Below are positions 1 to 10,453 of a stretch of DNA of 64,000 bases, piece by piece; position 1 is the first letter of the stretch, and every line of letters starts with the position of its first letter. The notes under the pieces are model-generated. The model had not been told where the DNA came from. It saw only the letters and a list, made by a program, of their open reading frames with translations, and made no database searches. This DNA is from a virus: positions 3,429 through 67,428 of IMG/VR virus record IMGVR_UViG_3300032287_003712. One strand, written 5' to 3'. Made by a program: the position numbers and the translations under genes.

Positions 1-503
1 TGTTTTCACCACAGGACTATGAGTTAGCGGCCCGGTTGCTCGGTCTCCCGGTTCCCCAAACTCCTGCTGAGTGTGCTGCGGCTGCGCCGATGACCGCAGC
101 TGTTCTTCGTTCGTACTATCGGGCTCCGGCTCCGATGCCCGGGCACGAACGCGACGGCGTGGTTACTGGTGCGACTCGCTCGCTCAACCCGCAACCGCAA
201 GTTGCTCAACCCGAAGCTCGGGATCAGCTGGCCCATCGACTGCAGGCTGGCTTAGTTACACGTGACGACGATATCGAAGTTCGCCGGATCATGTCGCTGA
301 TCGTGAACGATCCTGAGATTCAGGATATGTTTATGAACTTCCTGGGTCAGGCGCTGCAGCGTGGGAACGAAGGTGCTGAGTACTTAAGTCGTCAGCGTCC
401 TGCTGAGTACGACATGCCTAACTATGGCGGTCAATACTCCATGCTGAATGCTCCGTCGACTTCGACGGTTCCCGCGTCTGTTCGTTATCAGGAGCTTGGG
501 TGA
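1..503 (+). CDS. hypothetical phage protein (5' partial)
   Basis: Frame is open from the window edge (FSPQDYELAARLLGLP...). Its stop overlaps the next ATG (GTGA/TGATG). Confidence 0.7.
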   Translation, partial: FSPQDYELAARLLGLPVPQTPAECAAAAPMTAAVLRSYYRAPAPMPGHERDGVVTGATRSLNPQPQVAQPEARDQLAHRLQAGLVTRDDDIEVRRIMSLIVNDPEIQDMFMNFLGQALQRGNEGAEYLSRQRPAEYDMPNYGGQYSMLNAPSTSTVPASVRYQELG

Positions 504-733
504 TGACTCCGACTGAGGCTCGTTTGCGGGAACAGGACGTTCGTCACGGGTCTGAGCCCTTAAATCCGCAAAAGTTTCTCCAGTTTTATCTGCAATCAAA
601 TTTTCCGCAGACTGCTGCTATGGCTTCGCCTGAGCAGAAAGAGCGGGATGTTGAAGAAGAGCATAAAAAGGTAGACTATAAAAGTGCAAAGCCGTTGAGC
701 GGGACGTCCTACGACAGCCCTGGTCGTTACTGA
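500..733 (+). CDS. hypothetical protein
   Basis: 77-aa ORF coupled to the upstream gene. Confidence 0.6.
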   Translation: MMTPTEARLREQDVRHGSEPLNPQKFLQFYLQSNFPQTAAMASPEQKERDVEEEHKKVDYKSAKPLSGTSYDSPGRY

Positions 734-741
734 GGTAAATC

Positions 742-1473
742 ATGGTACTTCCTCTTCTCCCCTCTTCCGTTGCTGCCGCCGCTCCTGCTGCAGCGGCTGT
801 TGCTCCCGTAGCGCCCGTTATTGCTGGTGGCAGTTCCTCGGCGGCACAAGGACTTCTGAGTGCAACGTTGGCAAACCTGCTGGCAGATGTAGCAGGTCAG
901 GGCGTCAATAAGATGTTATTTAATCCGGCGGGCGGTGCCCTCGGACCGTCTTCTTATGAAACTGCGGATCCTATGGGGCGCAGTAAGTACTTCACAAGCA
1001 CTACCGAACAGCTCGCTGTTCAACAGTATTTAGCCAACGAACAATTCAAACGGGCTTTACTTGGCGCCGTGGGCTTGGGCAATATGCTGCCTGAGTTACC
1101 TAGTCGAGAAGCTCTTGTTGGCGGTTTCCAAGACGGTAAATTTACAGGCGCTGCCGCATTGCGCGAAGCTCAGGCCGAGAGTCTGACGGCACGTGAAATT
1201 GCTCGAATTCGCGCAGAGAAGGAATTTGATTACGCAGCCCGATTAGCTGAGGCGCAGGCTTCAATTCAACGGGAAAAAGTTCGCGCTTTATCGGACGCTC
1301 AAGCCCGCGTGGAATCCCAAAAGGTCACTTCACTGGGCGATATTCAGCGTCAACGTCTGCAATCTCAGTACTCCACGGCGTCTAATCTTTTAGATAGCGT
1401 CATAAAAAATATTGGGTTCCGCGATAAGATTGAGTCAGGCGCAACGCTTACCGAGTTAGCACGAGCTGTTTGA
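742..1473 (+). CDS. putative internal virion/ejection protein
   Basis: Ala/Gln-rich with a helical coiled-coil C-terminus. GAGG RBS. Tightly packed operon. Confidence 0.55.
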   Translation: MVLPLLPSSVAAAAPAAAAVAPVAPVIAGGSSSAAQGLLSATLANLLADVAGQGVNKMLFNPAGGALGPSSYETADPMGRSKYFTSTTEQLAVQQYLANEQFKRALLGAVGLGNMLPELPSREALVGGFQDGKFTGAAALREAQAESLTAREIARIRAEKEFDYAARLAEAQASIQREKVRALSDAQARVESQKVTSLGDIQRQRLQSQYSTASNLLDSVIKNIGFRDKIESGATLTELARAV

Positions 1474-1474
1474 T

Positions 1475-2311
1475 ATGAGCGACTCCACGTCAGCTATTCG
1501 GTTCGCTGGATCGGTGTTGGGTCCGTTAGTGTTTGGACCTTTTAGTGCTTTTGTCCCTGCCGGCTCGGCCTTAGTCGAGGGGGCTGCAGGTCTTCTTAAA
1601 AGTAATAAGCCCCCGCGTGGTTCTGAATTAACTAGCGCGGTCGATGCTTCAAAAATTGGTACAGTTACGTCTGTGTTGAACGGACGTCCCTATAAAGTGT
1701 ATGCCGGTAAAGACTTTGGCGAACAAACGTTCGACACGTATTTAGCTTTACGTGCCAAAGATCCGGGTCGTTTTCCTGAGATTAAGGCTTCGCCTCTAGC
1801 GTCTTCAACTCCTCCTGCTCCTACGCTGCCTGCCCCGACTTTAGAGACCGGCCCAAGCACTGCTCCCGATTGGAATAGCCAGCCTGGAACCACGATCCCT
1901 GGGGCTCCTGCCGATGTAAGCGCCGGTGGGTTTGGCGCGGAAGCCCAAAAGCCGCAAGCAGATCCCGAGATCAAAGATCTCATGGATTTGATTAAGAAAG
2001 GGATGTCTCCCGAGTATGGCGAGCAGGCGACACGTCGTGCAATTCAACAGTACGCTGCAACCGCTGCCATCACTCAAGCCCTGGGCGCAGGTAAAGACGA
2101 GGCCCGTCGTAGGCGTGAAGTTGAGTTAGAGCGTATGCGCCAGTGGACGGATTTGCAGAAGACAACGCTGCAAACAAATCTGTTGTCGCAAGCGATGCTG
2201 GGTACTGCTCTTATTCAAGCTCAGCAACCAAACGTTGGAGCGGCTGCGATAATGAATACGGCGGCTCAGACCGCAGCCAACGCCCTCGGCAGTTACAAAC
2301 TGGCTACGTGA
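1475..2311 (+). CDS. putative internal virion protein
   Basis: Ala/Pro/Gln-rich 278-aa ORF with IRFAG near the N-terminus. Confidence 0.55.
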   Translation: MSDSTSAIRFAGSVLGPLVFGPFSAFVPAGSALVEGAAGLLKSNKPPRGSELTSAVDASKIGTVTSVLNGRPYKVYAGKDFGEQTFDTYLALRAKDPGRFPEIKASPLASSTPPAPTLPAPTLETGPSTAPDWNSQPGTTIPGAPADVSAGGFGAEAQKPQADPEIKDLMDLIKKGMSPEYGEQATRRAIQQYAATAAITQALGAGKDEARRRREVELERMRQWTDLQKTTLQTNLLSQAMLGTALIQAQQPNVGAAAIMNTAAQTAANALGSYKLAT

Positions 2312-2312
2312 T

Positions 2313-3032
2313 ATGCCTTTTCCTTTCTTAGGTGCGCTTGGAGCTTTTGGGTCCGCTGCGGGCGGAATCGGAGCAGCCGCAGGCGGTATCAGTTCACTTA
2401 TTGGCGCCTTCCGTGGCGGCGGCGGTGCGGGAACTGCAGGCGGGGCAGATCTTGCGTCACTGTATCCAGAGTTAGCTTACGGCCAACTCCCGATTACATT
2501 AGAACAACAGAAGTTTGCATATAACATGCAGCCGTACCTGCAACTGCAGGGCGGCCAGAATCAAATCCTCACGCAGACGGCGTATAATCAATATCAAAAT
2601 TCATTAAATAAAGATCAGACAGCAGCGGGTATGTTGGCGGGCATTGCCTCGCAGTATGCCAACAACGCCGTGGACTTGCTCACCAAAGGTAAGCAAGCTC
2701 AAATGGGTATGGAGGTTCTCGGTGCGGAGAACGCCAGCAAAATTGCACAAACTTACGCCGCAGCTGCTGGAACTTTACAGAACCAAATTTTGACGGGTGA
2801 GTCGGGCATGTTGACGCCGACGGCTCAGGCGACGGCACAAGCAGGATTAGCAGCGCAAACAGGTAAGAACGAATTGGCTCGCAAGATCGGCGAAACGAAC
2901 TTGGGCATTCGTGCGGCACAAGAGCAGACTCGAAATGCTTTGGTGCAACAGCGTGCGGCGACCGAAGGTCAGCTTGCCATGAAGCGCTACGGGGCTGGAT
3001 TAGCCTTAGGTGCCCAGCGCGCCTTCGCTTGA
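2313..3032 (+). CDS. putative DNA-ejection/pilot-like virion protein
   Basis: Gly/Ala-rich hydrophobic N-terminus (LGALGAFGSAAGGIG) followed by Gln/Ala-rich helices. Confidence 0.55.
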   Translation: MPFPFLGALGAFGSAAGGIGAAAGGISSLIGAFRGGGGAGTAGGADLASLYPELAYGQLPITLEQQKFAYNMQPYLQLQGGQNQILTQTAYNQYQNSLNKDQTAAGMLAGIASQYANNAVDLLTKGKQAQMGMEVLGAENASKIAQTYAAAAGTLQNQILTGESGMLTPTAQATAQAGLAAQTGKNELARKIGETNLGIRAAQEQTRNALVQQRAATEGQLAMKRYGAGLALGAQRAFA

Positions 3033-3559
3033 TGATTTCTTCAATCGGTACGTCCGCTACGGTTGCGGATTGGCTTGCGACACTGGAAAAGTCGCAAAAG
3101 GATGCGTTTGTTTTTTACGCCAAAAACGCCACGAGCGACATTGAAGCGTACCTGTACGCACGGTTTTTGACGCCGGCGTATACGGGCAGCATCTCAGATC
3201 TGACGGCGTGGGTACAAGAGAAATACCCTAAGGAAGATCTTAGGAAGGTCTTGCTCAGGGAAATTGATATGTTGCAGCAGGATATTACAGATGTACGGTC
3301 TATGACTGTGAACTCGGCCCTGGATCCGGCTACGGCGGCCACGAAGATCTCGGCGCTGCAGAAAGAACTGCGGTCACACATTCAAGCTGTGCGTGCAATT
3401 TCAGACGGTTTGGACCGGCGTGGTTTGTTATTGGCTGGCGCGGATCGATGTTTGCGCGAGTTAATGCAAACGTTTGAAGGCCAGCCTGCTATTCAAGCAC
3501 TGCTAGATGATTCAGCACTGTTGGTATGGTCTACGTTGGAGAGGGAGGAGAAGAGTTAG
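3029..3559 (+). CDS. hypothetical helical protein
   Basis: 176-aa ORF coupled to the upstream gene. Confidence 0.7.
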   Translation: MMISSIGTSATVADWLATLEKSQKDAFVFYAKNATSDIEAYLYARFLTPAYTGSISDLTAWVQEKYPKEDLRKVLLREIDMLQQDITDVRSMTVNSALDPATAATKISALQKELRSHIQAVRAISDGLDRRGLLLAGADRCLRELMQTFEGQPAIQALLDDSALLVWSTLEREEKS

Positions 3560-4791
3560 CGTTTGGTTAGGGCGATGAGTTGGGAGTTTGGTAGACGCAG
3601 GGGCCAGTAGGTAAGACGGGATAAAGTGCCATTTAAGTAACCACTAACAAAATCGCGGCCTAATTGCAGTTGGTCGCTAACTGGAATAGATCCAGATGTA
3701 TCTACGGCGGCTGCTTGACCGTTAGCAACGACGGCAAAGTCATTCGCAGCGAACCTAGACGCTATTCTGCTAAGCGATCCGGATGTGTACGCACCGCCAG
3801 ATTGAAGTTCCGCTTGTCCCAAGCTATTGATGACAACACGCAAGCGGTGATCTACACCATTTACGACTAGATTGCCGATAACACTCGTACTTGATCCGGG
3901 ACTTGTTGGGAATATTTGCGCCAAGCCGCGAGTTCCAATTGCGGGGAATCTTGCGCTAGTAAAAAGGGTACCTCCGTTCTGGTTATACCAACTACTAAAA
4001 TTCGTACCCGTAATATTCGCCACGTCTGCGGTGCGGGTTACGGTTGAGCCTGCCGTGGGGATGTAGCTGGTGGGGAAGGAGCCGGCTTCTAGTTGGGCGC
4101 CCCATAAGTAGACGCCAGAGATGCCGTCTCCTGCATAAGAAACACTGTTAGAGCTATTTGCCGTCCAGATTCTGGATTGAGTATTGAAGGCTGTGCCATT
4201 TGTATTCACAAAGACCGAGCAGCGATACCATCCATTTGAAAGCTTTTGAATAGAACTGGAAAACGTCCAGCTATAAGCATTAGTAGTCGAAGATACGACA
4301 CCTGCTGACAGGTCAAATACCGCATAAGTAAAAGGGTATCCTATGGCTATTCTGGTAAGTTCAGCGGCCTTAGCGTAACAACTAAACGTAGCTCCAGTAG
4401 CCAGCCCGCCAAACAGAACATTGGAGCCACTAATTGAGTGCTCGCCAGTGCTGCTGTCGTTGACCAGCTTGTCTGCCGTAGTCGCTCCATCTGGTGCGGT
4501 AGATGTATTAGCTGTAACAGAGGAAGCGCTCTTGCTCCATGCCGCATTGTCAAACTGCTCGCTATGCAGCGCCACGTTTGTCCTCTGCTCCTCCACCAGC
4601 AGCCCCAAACTCTGCCCAGTAGCCGGGTAGTGGTCGAACCGAGGCTGATCGATATTCGCAGTTTTAATTAACCCGTCGGCATCAACATACGTACCCGTCG
4701 ACGACCGCCGAAACGTAATACGCGGGTCGAGCTGCCGTGAATTCGCAAAATCTAAATTTAAAGTCGGAGCAACGACGGGAAAGTCCGACAT
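3556..4791 (-). CDS. tail fibre/receptor-binding-like protein, paralogue A (carbohydrate-binding/LamG-like modules)
   Basis: Blocks LNLDFAN, RITFRRSSTGTYV, PRFDH..GLLVEE.RTN, WGAQLEAG.FPTSYIPT and YWP.RL are shared with 45434 and 47069. Confidence 0.75.
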   Translation of the reverse strand: MSDFPVVAPTLNLDFANSRQLDPRITFRRSSTGTYVDADGLIKTANIDQPRFDHYPATGQSLGLLVEEQRTNVALHSEQFDNAAWSKSASSVTANTSTAPDGATTADKLVNDSSTGEHSISGSNVLFGGLATGATFSCYAKAAELTRIAIGYPFTYAVFDLSAGVVSSTTNAYSWTFSSSIQKLSNGWYRCSVFVNTNGTAFNTQSRIWTANSSNSVSYAGDGISGVYLWGAQLEAGSFPTSYIPTAGSTVTRTADVANITGTNFSSWYNQNGGTLFTSARFPAIGTRGLAQIFPTSPGSSTSVIGNLVVNGVDHRLRVVINSLGQAELQSGGAYTSGSLSRIASRFAANDFAVVANGQAAAVDTSGSIPVSDQLQLGRDFVSGYLNGTLSRLTYWPLRLPNSQLIALTKR

Positions 4792-4835
4792 ATACGCGCT
4801 GTGGCCACTAGATACGTGTAGTTTACTTTAACTCG

Positions 4836-5924
4836 TCAGTCTTCGGCGCTTTCTGCAAGTCCCAAAATATTCTGTAGCGGACATCTGAACACGCCCATAA
4901 ACGCATCATTCACACCTAAGCTCATTACAAGCTCAGATTGATTTATATACGCGCCGAATGGCAGAATGACTGCAGGCTGACTGGACACAGGACCGCCCGC
5001 GTAGTCCGTCCACGTGATCAAACGGTCGTTAAGCGAACCTGAGAACAGAGGCCGCTTAATAATATGTGTAATTTTACTAAATTTATGGTCAACAATATAA
5101 GCACTTAAATGATACTGCAGATAATGAGTACCGTCAGGCTTAAATGTCAGATGCTTCCAATGATAAAACACCAGATATCCGTACTTCAGACTAATCGGAG
5201 GCGTAGAGTTAAACGTTGGGTGCTTGTGTGTGACTTGATCCAACACATCCGTATTTACCTCCGTACGGTTACCCTGTTCCCGCTCGATAATTAAAGGCCG
5301 CGTGGAGTATAAGCAGCACAATTCGTCGTCGTGCGAAAAGAAACACCAGTTTTTTTCTGGTTCTTCTTTGACCCTGTTCTTTCCAATTGGTGGGATTGCT
5401 GCCGACACAGCGTCACCGTTCTCATTCACATAGCAGACCACAACTTTAGGCTGTGCGAATAACTTATTCCTAAATCGATCGTATTTACTGGCATACGTCG
5501 AGCCTACGAACTGAACGTAAAGTTCGTCATCCGGGCCCGTAAACAGACGCGGATCCTCGTAACTCAACCGATGTTTTTTGTTGCGCAGTTTCTTTGTACC
5601 GACGATCGTCGAGTCATCAGCCAGTTCGCCAATATAAATATCTGTAGGTGCGCCATTCAGGTAGAAATACTTCATGTCATGCCGGAATCCAAAAGGTTCT
5701 GGCTGGGAGCGCCACGCGATGAAAGTTTTACCGTTGTGCTTCAGGATGCTTGGGCTGAAATTTGCGACCGAATTTTCAGGCAGCCCGTGGAGGATCCGAG
5801 TGAACTTGCCTCCGAGCGCTTCGGCTTGCCTATAAACGTTTGGAACGCCAGGCTGATCGATTTTGATTGGGTACAGCTGATCGCTGTACATGTGATAAAA
5901 ACGATGAGTAGATTGCATGATCAA
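4836..5924 (-). CDS. beta-propeller glycosidase/glycosyltransferase-like protein (GH130-like)
   Basis: FSPSI, EDPRLF, EKNWCFF and GVND motifs. Confidence 0.6.
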   Translation of the reverse strand: MIMQSTHRFYHMYSDQLYPIKIDQPGVPNVYRQAEALGGKFTRILHGLPENSVANFSPSILKHNGKTFIAWRSQPEPFGFRHDMKYFYLNGAPTDIYIGELADDSTIVGTKKLRNKKHRLSYEDPRLFTGPDDELYVQFVGSTYASKYDRFRNKLFAQPKVVVCYVNENGDAVSAAIPPIGKNRVKEEPEKNWCFFSHDDELCCLYSTRPLIIEREQGNRTEVNTDVLDQVTHKHPTFNSTPPISLKYGYLVFYHWKHLTFKPDGTHYLQYHLSAYIVDHKFSKITHIIKRPLFSGSLNDRLITWTDYAGGPVSSQPAVILPFGAYINQSELVMSLGVNDAFMGVFRCPLQNILGLAESAED

Positions 5925-7093
5925 TTCAGTAAATCGGAGACAGCTTGAGCAAAACCATTGGCGACAGATTCCCAGCGATACTCAGGACGTTGTGTCACTG
6001 CGTAGCACGCTTCGGCCACTTCCTTGTAGACCTCTTTGTCGCTGTACAGTTCATTTAATTTTGCAACTGCGTCGTCGACGTTAATCAATCCGCGCTCAAC
6101 GCCTAAATCCTTGTCCGTAACCCACGTGGCAATGTCGACAAGTTGAGCCGCACCTTCCCAAATGTCTTTACACGCTGTGTGATTGGGCACGACCTGCGGT
6201 TTTTTGCAGCTTGCGTGTTCAAAACTGACCAGACCCCAACCCTCGCCGTCGGCTGAGTTAAAGCCAACATCGCACGCGTTGTAGATCCGATTGAGCACGT
6301 CGTCGGGCGGCGCGTCTACATAATTTATATTTTCAGAAGTCAGGATCAGACGCTGTTGTCCGTCGACACCGTACTTGCCCATCTCGCGATGGAACAGCGG
6401 CAGAATATCCCAACCAAGATCCTTGGCGCCCATGTGTAAATACAGCATGGCGTTGGGTTTGTCTGCAGCAAACTTAGCGAACGCCTGGATCGTCAGATCG
6501 ATGCGCTTGCGTGGCTGGTTCCGATTGCCGTTAAATACGATGAATTTGTCCTGCGGTAGCCCAAGTTCTTCGCGTGCTTTCTTTTTGTCCATCGGCGAGA
6601 ACTTCGAGATGTCCACGCCGTGAGGCAGAACGCCGAGCTTCGGCACGCCGACTTCATGTGCCAGGATCCGATGCGCCGAATTAACGGTGAACGTGATGGC
6701 TAAATCCCACTGCGCGATGTTTCGCAGCATCTCGGGATAGTACCGCTCGCTGTCGATCGGGAAATACGCGACGAATTTAAATTTGATTTCATCTTTGAGG
6801 AACTGGCAGCGTTCCCAAAACTGATTAACAATCCAGATGTCGTTAAGGCAGATAATGACGTCAGGACGCTCTTTCAGTAGCACCTCGGGAATCCGCTGAA
6901 TGCCGAAACGATCTCCGGTGTGCATCGTGCAAGCCGGATAAATGTTGTAGGGGTGCCCGTGTGGGTCACCGGTGTAGTTCACGCCGAGCACAACAACTTC
7001 ATGGTATTTACGCAGATGCTCAAGCACACTATGTGTTACACGTCCAAATCCTGTATTACTGCAGGCGTCTCCGTACCAGAGAATTTTCGCCAT
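5921..7093 (-). CDS. glycosyltransferase family 4 (GT-B)
   Basis: TGFGRV, PHGVD, NRNQPRKRID and EGWGLVSFE (Ex7E) motifs. Confidence 0.9.
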   Translation of the reverse strand: MAKILWYGDACSNTGFGRVTHSVLEHLRKYHEVVVLGVNYTGDPHGHPYNIYPACTMHTGDRFGIQRIPEVLLKERPDVIICLNDIWIVNQFWERCQFLKDEIKFKFVAYFPIDSERYYPEMLRNIAQWDLAITFTVNSAHRILAHEVGVPKLGVLPHGVDISKFSPMDKKKAREELGLPQDKFIVFNGNRNQPRKRIDLTIQAFAKFAADKPNAMLYLHMGAKDLGWDILPLFHREMGKYGVDGQQRLILTSENINYVDAPPDDVLNRIYNACDVGFNSADGEGWGLVSFEHASCKKPQVVPNHTACKDIWEGAAQLVDIATWVTDKDLGVERGLINVDDAVAKLNELYSDKEVYKEVAEACYAVTQRPEYRWESVANGFAQAVSDLLN

Positions 7094-7147
7094 TCCTGAG
7101 GTAGCATTCAGATACGCTCAATATAGCAACACTGTCAATTTACTGAT

Positions 7148-8668
7148 ATGCCCAGCCGGGAAACTTTTGCGTATCGGCGTGGTGCACAACTACGTGCCGT
7201 CAGAGCTACTGAGAAAACTGCAGACAGTTTAGACAGCGTGTACGGCCGTGCGGCCAATGACTTCCACACGTTCTGTACGTTACTCGATAAACCTCCAGCA
7301 AAGCATATGCTGGAATGGCACAGGCACTTGATAACAGGAGAGTCAAATAAGTACTTATTAGATATTGCTGGGGCAAATCTTGATATTCTGGCGCCCCGAG
7401 GTTCAGCGAAGTCAACGGTGCTAAACCTGTTTACTGCATGGACTATAGGCCGTCACACGACGGAAAAACGCCCTCTGCAAATTATTTATGTCTCGTACAA
7501 CATTGCGACGGCTATACCGAAGAGTCGCATTATTAAGCAAATTATTGACTCGCCCGAATACCGCAAGATTTTTCCCCGCGTGCAACTGCGGTCCGGGATG
7601 CAGTCGGACATTGGTTGGTCGATTGATTTCGACTATGCCGGAATCCCGCGCCTGGGTGATGAAGAATTCACACTTAGGGCAGCTGGTCTTCGCGGCTCCA
7701 TTACTTCTAAGCGCGCTCATTTGGTCATTGTGGACGACCCTATTAAGTCGAGCGCAGACATTAAAAACCCGGCAATTAGAGAAGAGATGAACAACAACTG
7801 GAGTTCTGTGATATCTCCGATTATTTTTGAAGGCGGGCGCGCCATGTGTTTAGGGACGCGATTCCATCCGTTAGATATTCATAAAACTATGTTCGTGCCG
7901 GAGAAGGGTTGGAAACAAGTAACGCAAGAGGCTATTACATACGATGACCGTGGCGCGCCCGTTAGCTATTGGCCTGAGCAGTGGTCAGCTGACTACCTGC
8001 TGGAGCAGAAGGAATTAGATCCTGTCGCTTTTGCGTACCAGTATCAGCAGCAACCTGTGATGACATCGGATCTGGTCATCTCGCCAGACCTGCTTATTAA
8101 AGGCGAAGTTGTCACGGAGTTCGATTCACTTGCCGTGGGCATCGACCTGTCGGCCAGTAAGAACGAAACCAGCGACTACACAGCATTTGTGTTGGGCGGA
8201 CGCCTTAAGGACAAGTACTACATCATCGATGCGCATCAGTGCCGATCTATCGGAAACTTGGAAAAAATCGATCTGTTGTGCGACATGCTGTTGGAGTGGG
8301 GCATCCTTACTGAGGTAGACGGCGTCTACATGCCCACGTATTCGACGGTAACCCTCGTGGTCGAATCTGTTGCATACCAGGCATCTTTGGCAGCAGACCT
8401 TCGACGCGTTTTAATCCAAGAGCGGGAACTGTCGAACCTGCACGTTCACGAAGTTAAAGGTTTCCGGGGCGACAAGATCGCTCGATTCCGGGGAACTCTC
8501 GGGTTGCTGGAAAACAAGAAAGTCACGTTTAACAAATACCGCAAGTTTGACGCATTGTTTGACCAGTTGATCAACGTCGGTGCCACGGCGCATGACGATC
8601 TGCTTGACGCATACACTTGGCTGATCACGTTTTTGCAGCGGCGTGGTGAATTTTCCATTGAATACTGA
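7148..8668 (+). CDS. terL: terminase large subunit
   Basis: Walker A APRGSAKST, Walker B IVDD, GTRFH, nuclease motifs GIDL and HDDLLDA. Confidence 0.92.
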   Translation: MPSRETFAYRRGAQLRAVRATEKTADSLDSVYGRAANDFHTFCTLLDKPPAKHMLEWHRHLITGESNKYLLDIAGANLDILAPRGSAKSTVLNLFTAWTIGRHTTEKRPLQIIYVSYNIATAIPKSRIIKQIIDSPEYRKIFPRVQLRSGMQSDIGWSIDFDYAGIPRLGDEEFTLRAAGLRGSITSKRAHLVIVDDPIKSSADIKNPAIREEMNNNWSSVISPIIFEGGRAMCLGTRFHPLDIHKTMFVPEKGWKQVTQEAITYDDRGAPVSYWPEQWSADYLLEQKELDPVAFAYQYQQQPVMTSDLVISPDLLIKGEVVTEFDSLAVGIDLSASKNETSDYTAFVLGGRLKDKYYIIDAHQCRSIGNLEKIDLLCDMLLEWGILTEVDGVYMPTYSTVTLVVESVAYQASLAADLRRVLIQERELSNLHVHEVKGFRGDKIARFRGTLGLLENKKVTFNKYRKFDALFDQLINVGATAHDDLLDAYTWLITFLQRRGEFSIEY

Positions 8669-9605
8669 ATTTTCCAACGTGACCACAACTACACTCGACG
8701 AAGCTCTCGGCTTAAGCGAGCCGAACATGCGAGAAAAAAAGCTTTGGGTCGCCATCACTGCACACAATCCTCTGGCGCGCATCGACCCGCTGCTGAATGT
8801 CCTGCGCGAGTACTCAAAATTTCCGTGCCAAGTCGAGATTTATATCTATATCAACTACGAAGTTCAGGACTGTGTGCCTGATTTAGAGAAAATCGTCAGC
8901 ACGATTCCGAATATTTCGGTCGAAATCAAGGTTGCCTCGCCTGGTTATCAATTTTGGTACCTGACTTGGGCGCACAAAACCGACTTGGCACTCGCAATTC
9001 TTAATCGACGTGCAGATTTTTACATTTACCAAGAAAATGACATGCTTATTCGGCCCGATAACTTCTTGTACTGGGTCAAATGGAAGCCAAGGCTGAAACG
9101 ACTGGGTTTAGAGCCCGGTTTTTTAAGGTATGAGTCGTATTCAGGCAAACAAGTTCCATTCGATAACCATTTTCCATACTCTTTGATCCGCGAAACCCCG
9201 AAAATCTGGGGCGACGTGGGCTTCACGGTTCCCAAGATCCTGGTCATTGACCGCGACATCAATTTTTTCGTGCAGTTAGCTAATCCTTATTACGGTGCGA
9301 TGATTTTGGACCAAGCCGACGGCGAAGAGTACATCCGCACGCCTAGTTTTGACCCGGAAAACAGTTATTCCCGCGTGGGCATTCGAAACTGGCCAATTGC
9401 CGACCGCAGTTCAATGGGTTTGGCGTTTGAAAACGTGCCTTCTGGGTACGAGCATCGTCGTTGCGTGCCTGTTTGTCGTCAACGCGACGTTTACAGACCC
9501 CATGTTTTTGGCATGATTTGCCACGACGACGATAAATACTCGAAAGAGATGGATTCGCGTAGTGTGCCTTTGATGGACTGTCAGGACTTGCTGAGTCTCA
9601 CGTGA
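8643..9605 (+). CDS. putative glycosyltransferase-like protein (start may be 8727)
   Basis: GT-A-like VAITAH...YIYQENDM. Sits next to other glycosyltransferases. Confidence 0.5.
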   Translation: MVNFPLNTEFSNVTTTTLDEALGLSEPNMREKKLWVAITAHNPLARIDPLLNVLREYSKFPCQVEIYIYINYEVQDCVPDLEKIVSTIPNISVEIKVASPGYQFWYLTWAHKTDLALAILNRRADFYIYQENDMLIRPDNFLYWVKWKPRLKRLGLEPGFLRYESYSGKQVPFDNHFPYSLIRETPKIWGDVGFTVPKILVIDRDINFFVQLANPYYGAMILDQADGEEYIRTPSFDPENSYSRVGIRNWPIADRSSMGLAFENVPSGYEHRRCVPVCRQRDVYRPHVFGMICHDDDKYSKEMDSRSVPLMDCQDLLSLT

Positions 9606-9919
9606 GACAGTCGATCAGCAATTTACGTAAAGCTTTGGAGCCTTTAATGGAATTTTTCAACAATCCGCTGCCTGACGACGCGGCCGGCGAGCCCAAAGTT
9701 GACATGGTCAACAGCCCGCCTCACTACAACTTTGGCGGCGTGGAGTGCATCGACGCACTACAAGCAGCTCTCGGTCCAGAAGGGTTTAAGGCGTACTGCC
9801 GCGGTGCGTGTATGAAATATCTGTGGCGCTGTGAACACAAGAACGGACTTGAAGATCTTCGTAAATGCCGATGGTATTTAAATCGTCTTATTGACGCGCA
9901 CCTTTTGGATGAGGTTTGA
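9602..9919 (+). CDS. DUF3310 protein (T7 gp1.7-like nucleotide kinase family)
   Basis: DMVNSPPHY..GGVECID...KYLWR...KNGLEDLRK.RWYL signature. Confidence 0.85.
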   Translation: MRQSISNLRKALEPLMEFFNNPLPDDAAGEPKVDMVNSPPHYNFGGVECIDALQAALGPEGFKAYCRGACMKYLWRCEHKNGLEDLRKCRWYLNRLIDAHLLDEV

Positions 9920-9953
9920 ATTAAAGTAAGCTAGGGCAAAAGTTTGAACAGTA

Positions 9954-10238
9954 ATGGACGTTCGGGCATTCGGATCGTATTACTCGCAGTCTGCTTCGCT
10001 GCCTTATGCAAGCGGATTTTTCGTGTTAGCTAGTGGCGCCAGCATTAACTTCCCTGCGTGTCGTGCGTTTTACATCAACGACGGTGGCAGCAACCACGAG
10101 CTTCAGGTTGTTTTTGCTGACGGCCCTAAAAATCCTATTACGTTAGATAACGTAAGCGCCAACGTCATTTATCCGTTTTCTATTACTACAATTAGTGGAG
10201 CCCAGACAACGGTCCACAGCGTTCTGGTGCTCTACTGA
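9954..10238 (+). CDS. hypothetical (possible small virion) protein
   Basis: 94-aa beta-rich ORF with ASG motifs. Confidence 0.65.
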   Translation: MDVRAFGSYYSQSASLPYASGFFVLASGASINFPACRAFYINDGGSNHELQVVFADGPKNPITLDNVSANVIYPFSITTISGAQTTVHSVLVLY

Positions 10239-10438
10239 TGGCCGAAATCGCTAAAAAAAGCGACCCTGCAAAATGGGCCGCCGCCAAAGCTAAAGCTAGG
10301 GCGAAGATGGGTAAGCACAGTGCGCGTGCAATGATGCTTGCTACTAAGTACTATAAAGAAATGGGCGGCAAGTACAAGGGAGGTAAGTCCTCTGAAAACC
10401 GCCTAACAGAGTGGTCGAAGAGCGAAGAGAACGAGTAA
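10238..10438 (+). CDS. small basic phage protein
   Basis: Lys/Ala-rich KW...HSARAM.LA..YY..GGKY pattern. Coupled to the upstream stop. Confidence 0.65.
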   Translation: MAEIAKKSDPAKWAAAKAKARAKMGKHSARAMMLATKYYKEMGGKYKGGKSSENRLTEWSKSEENE

Positions 10439-10453
10439 TTTTTAGAGGCTCTA

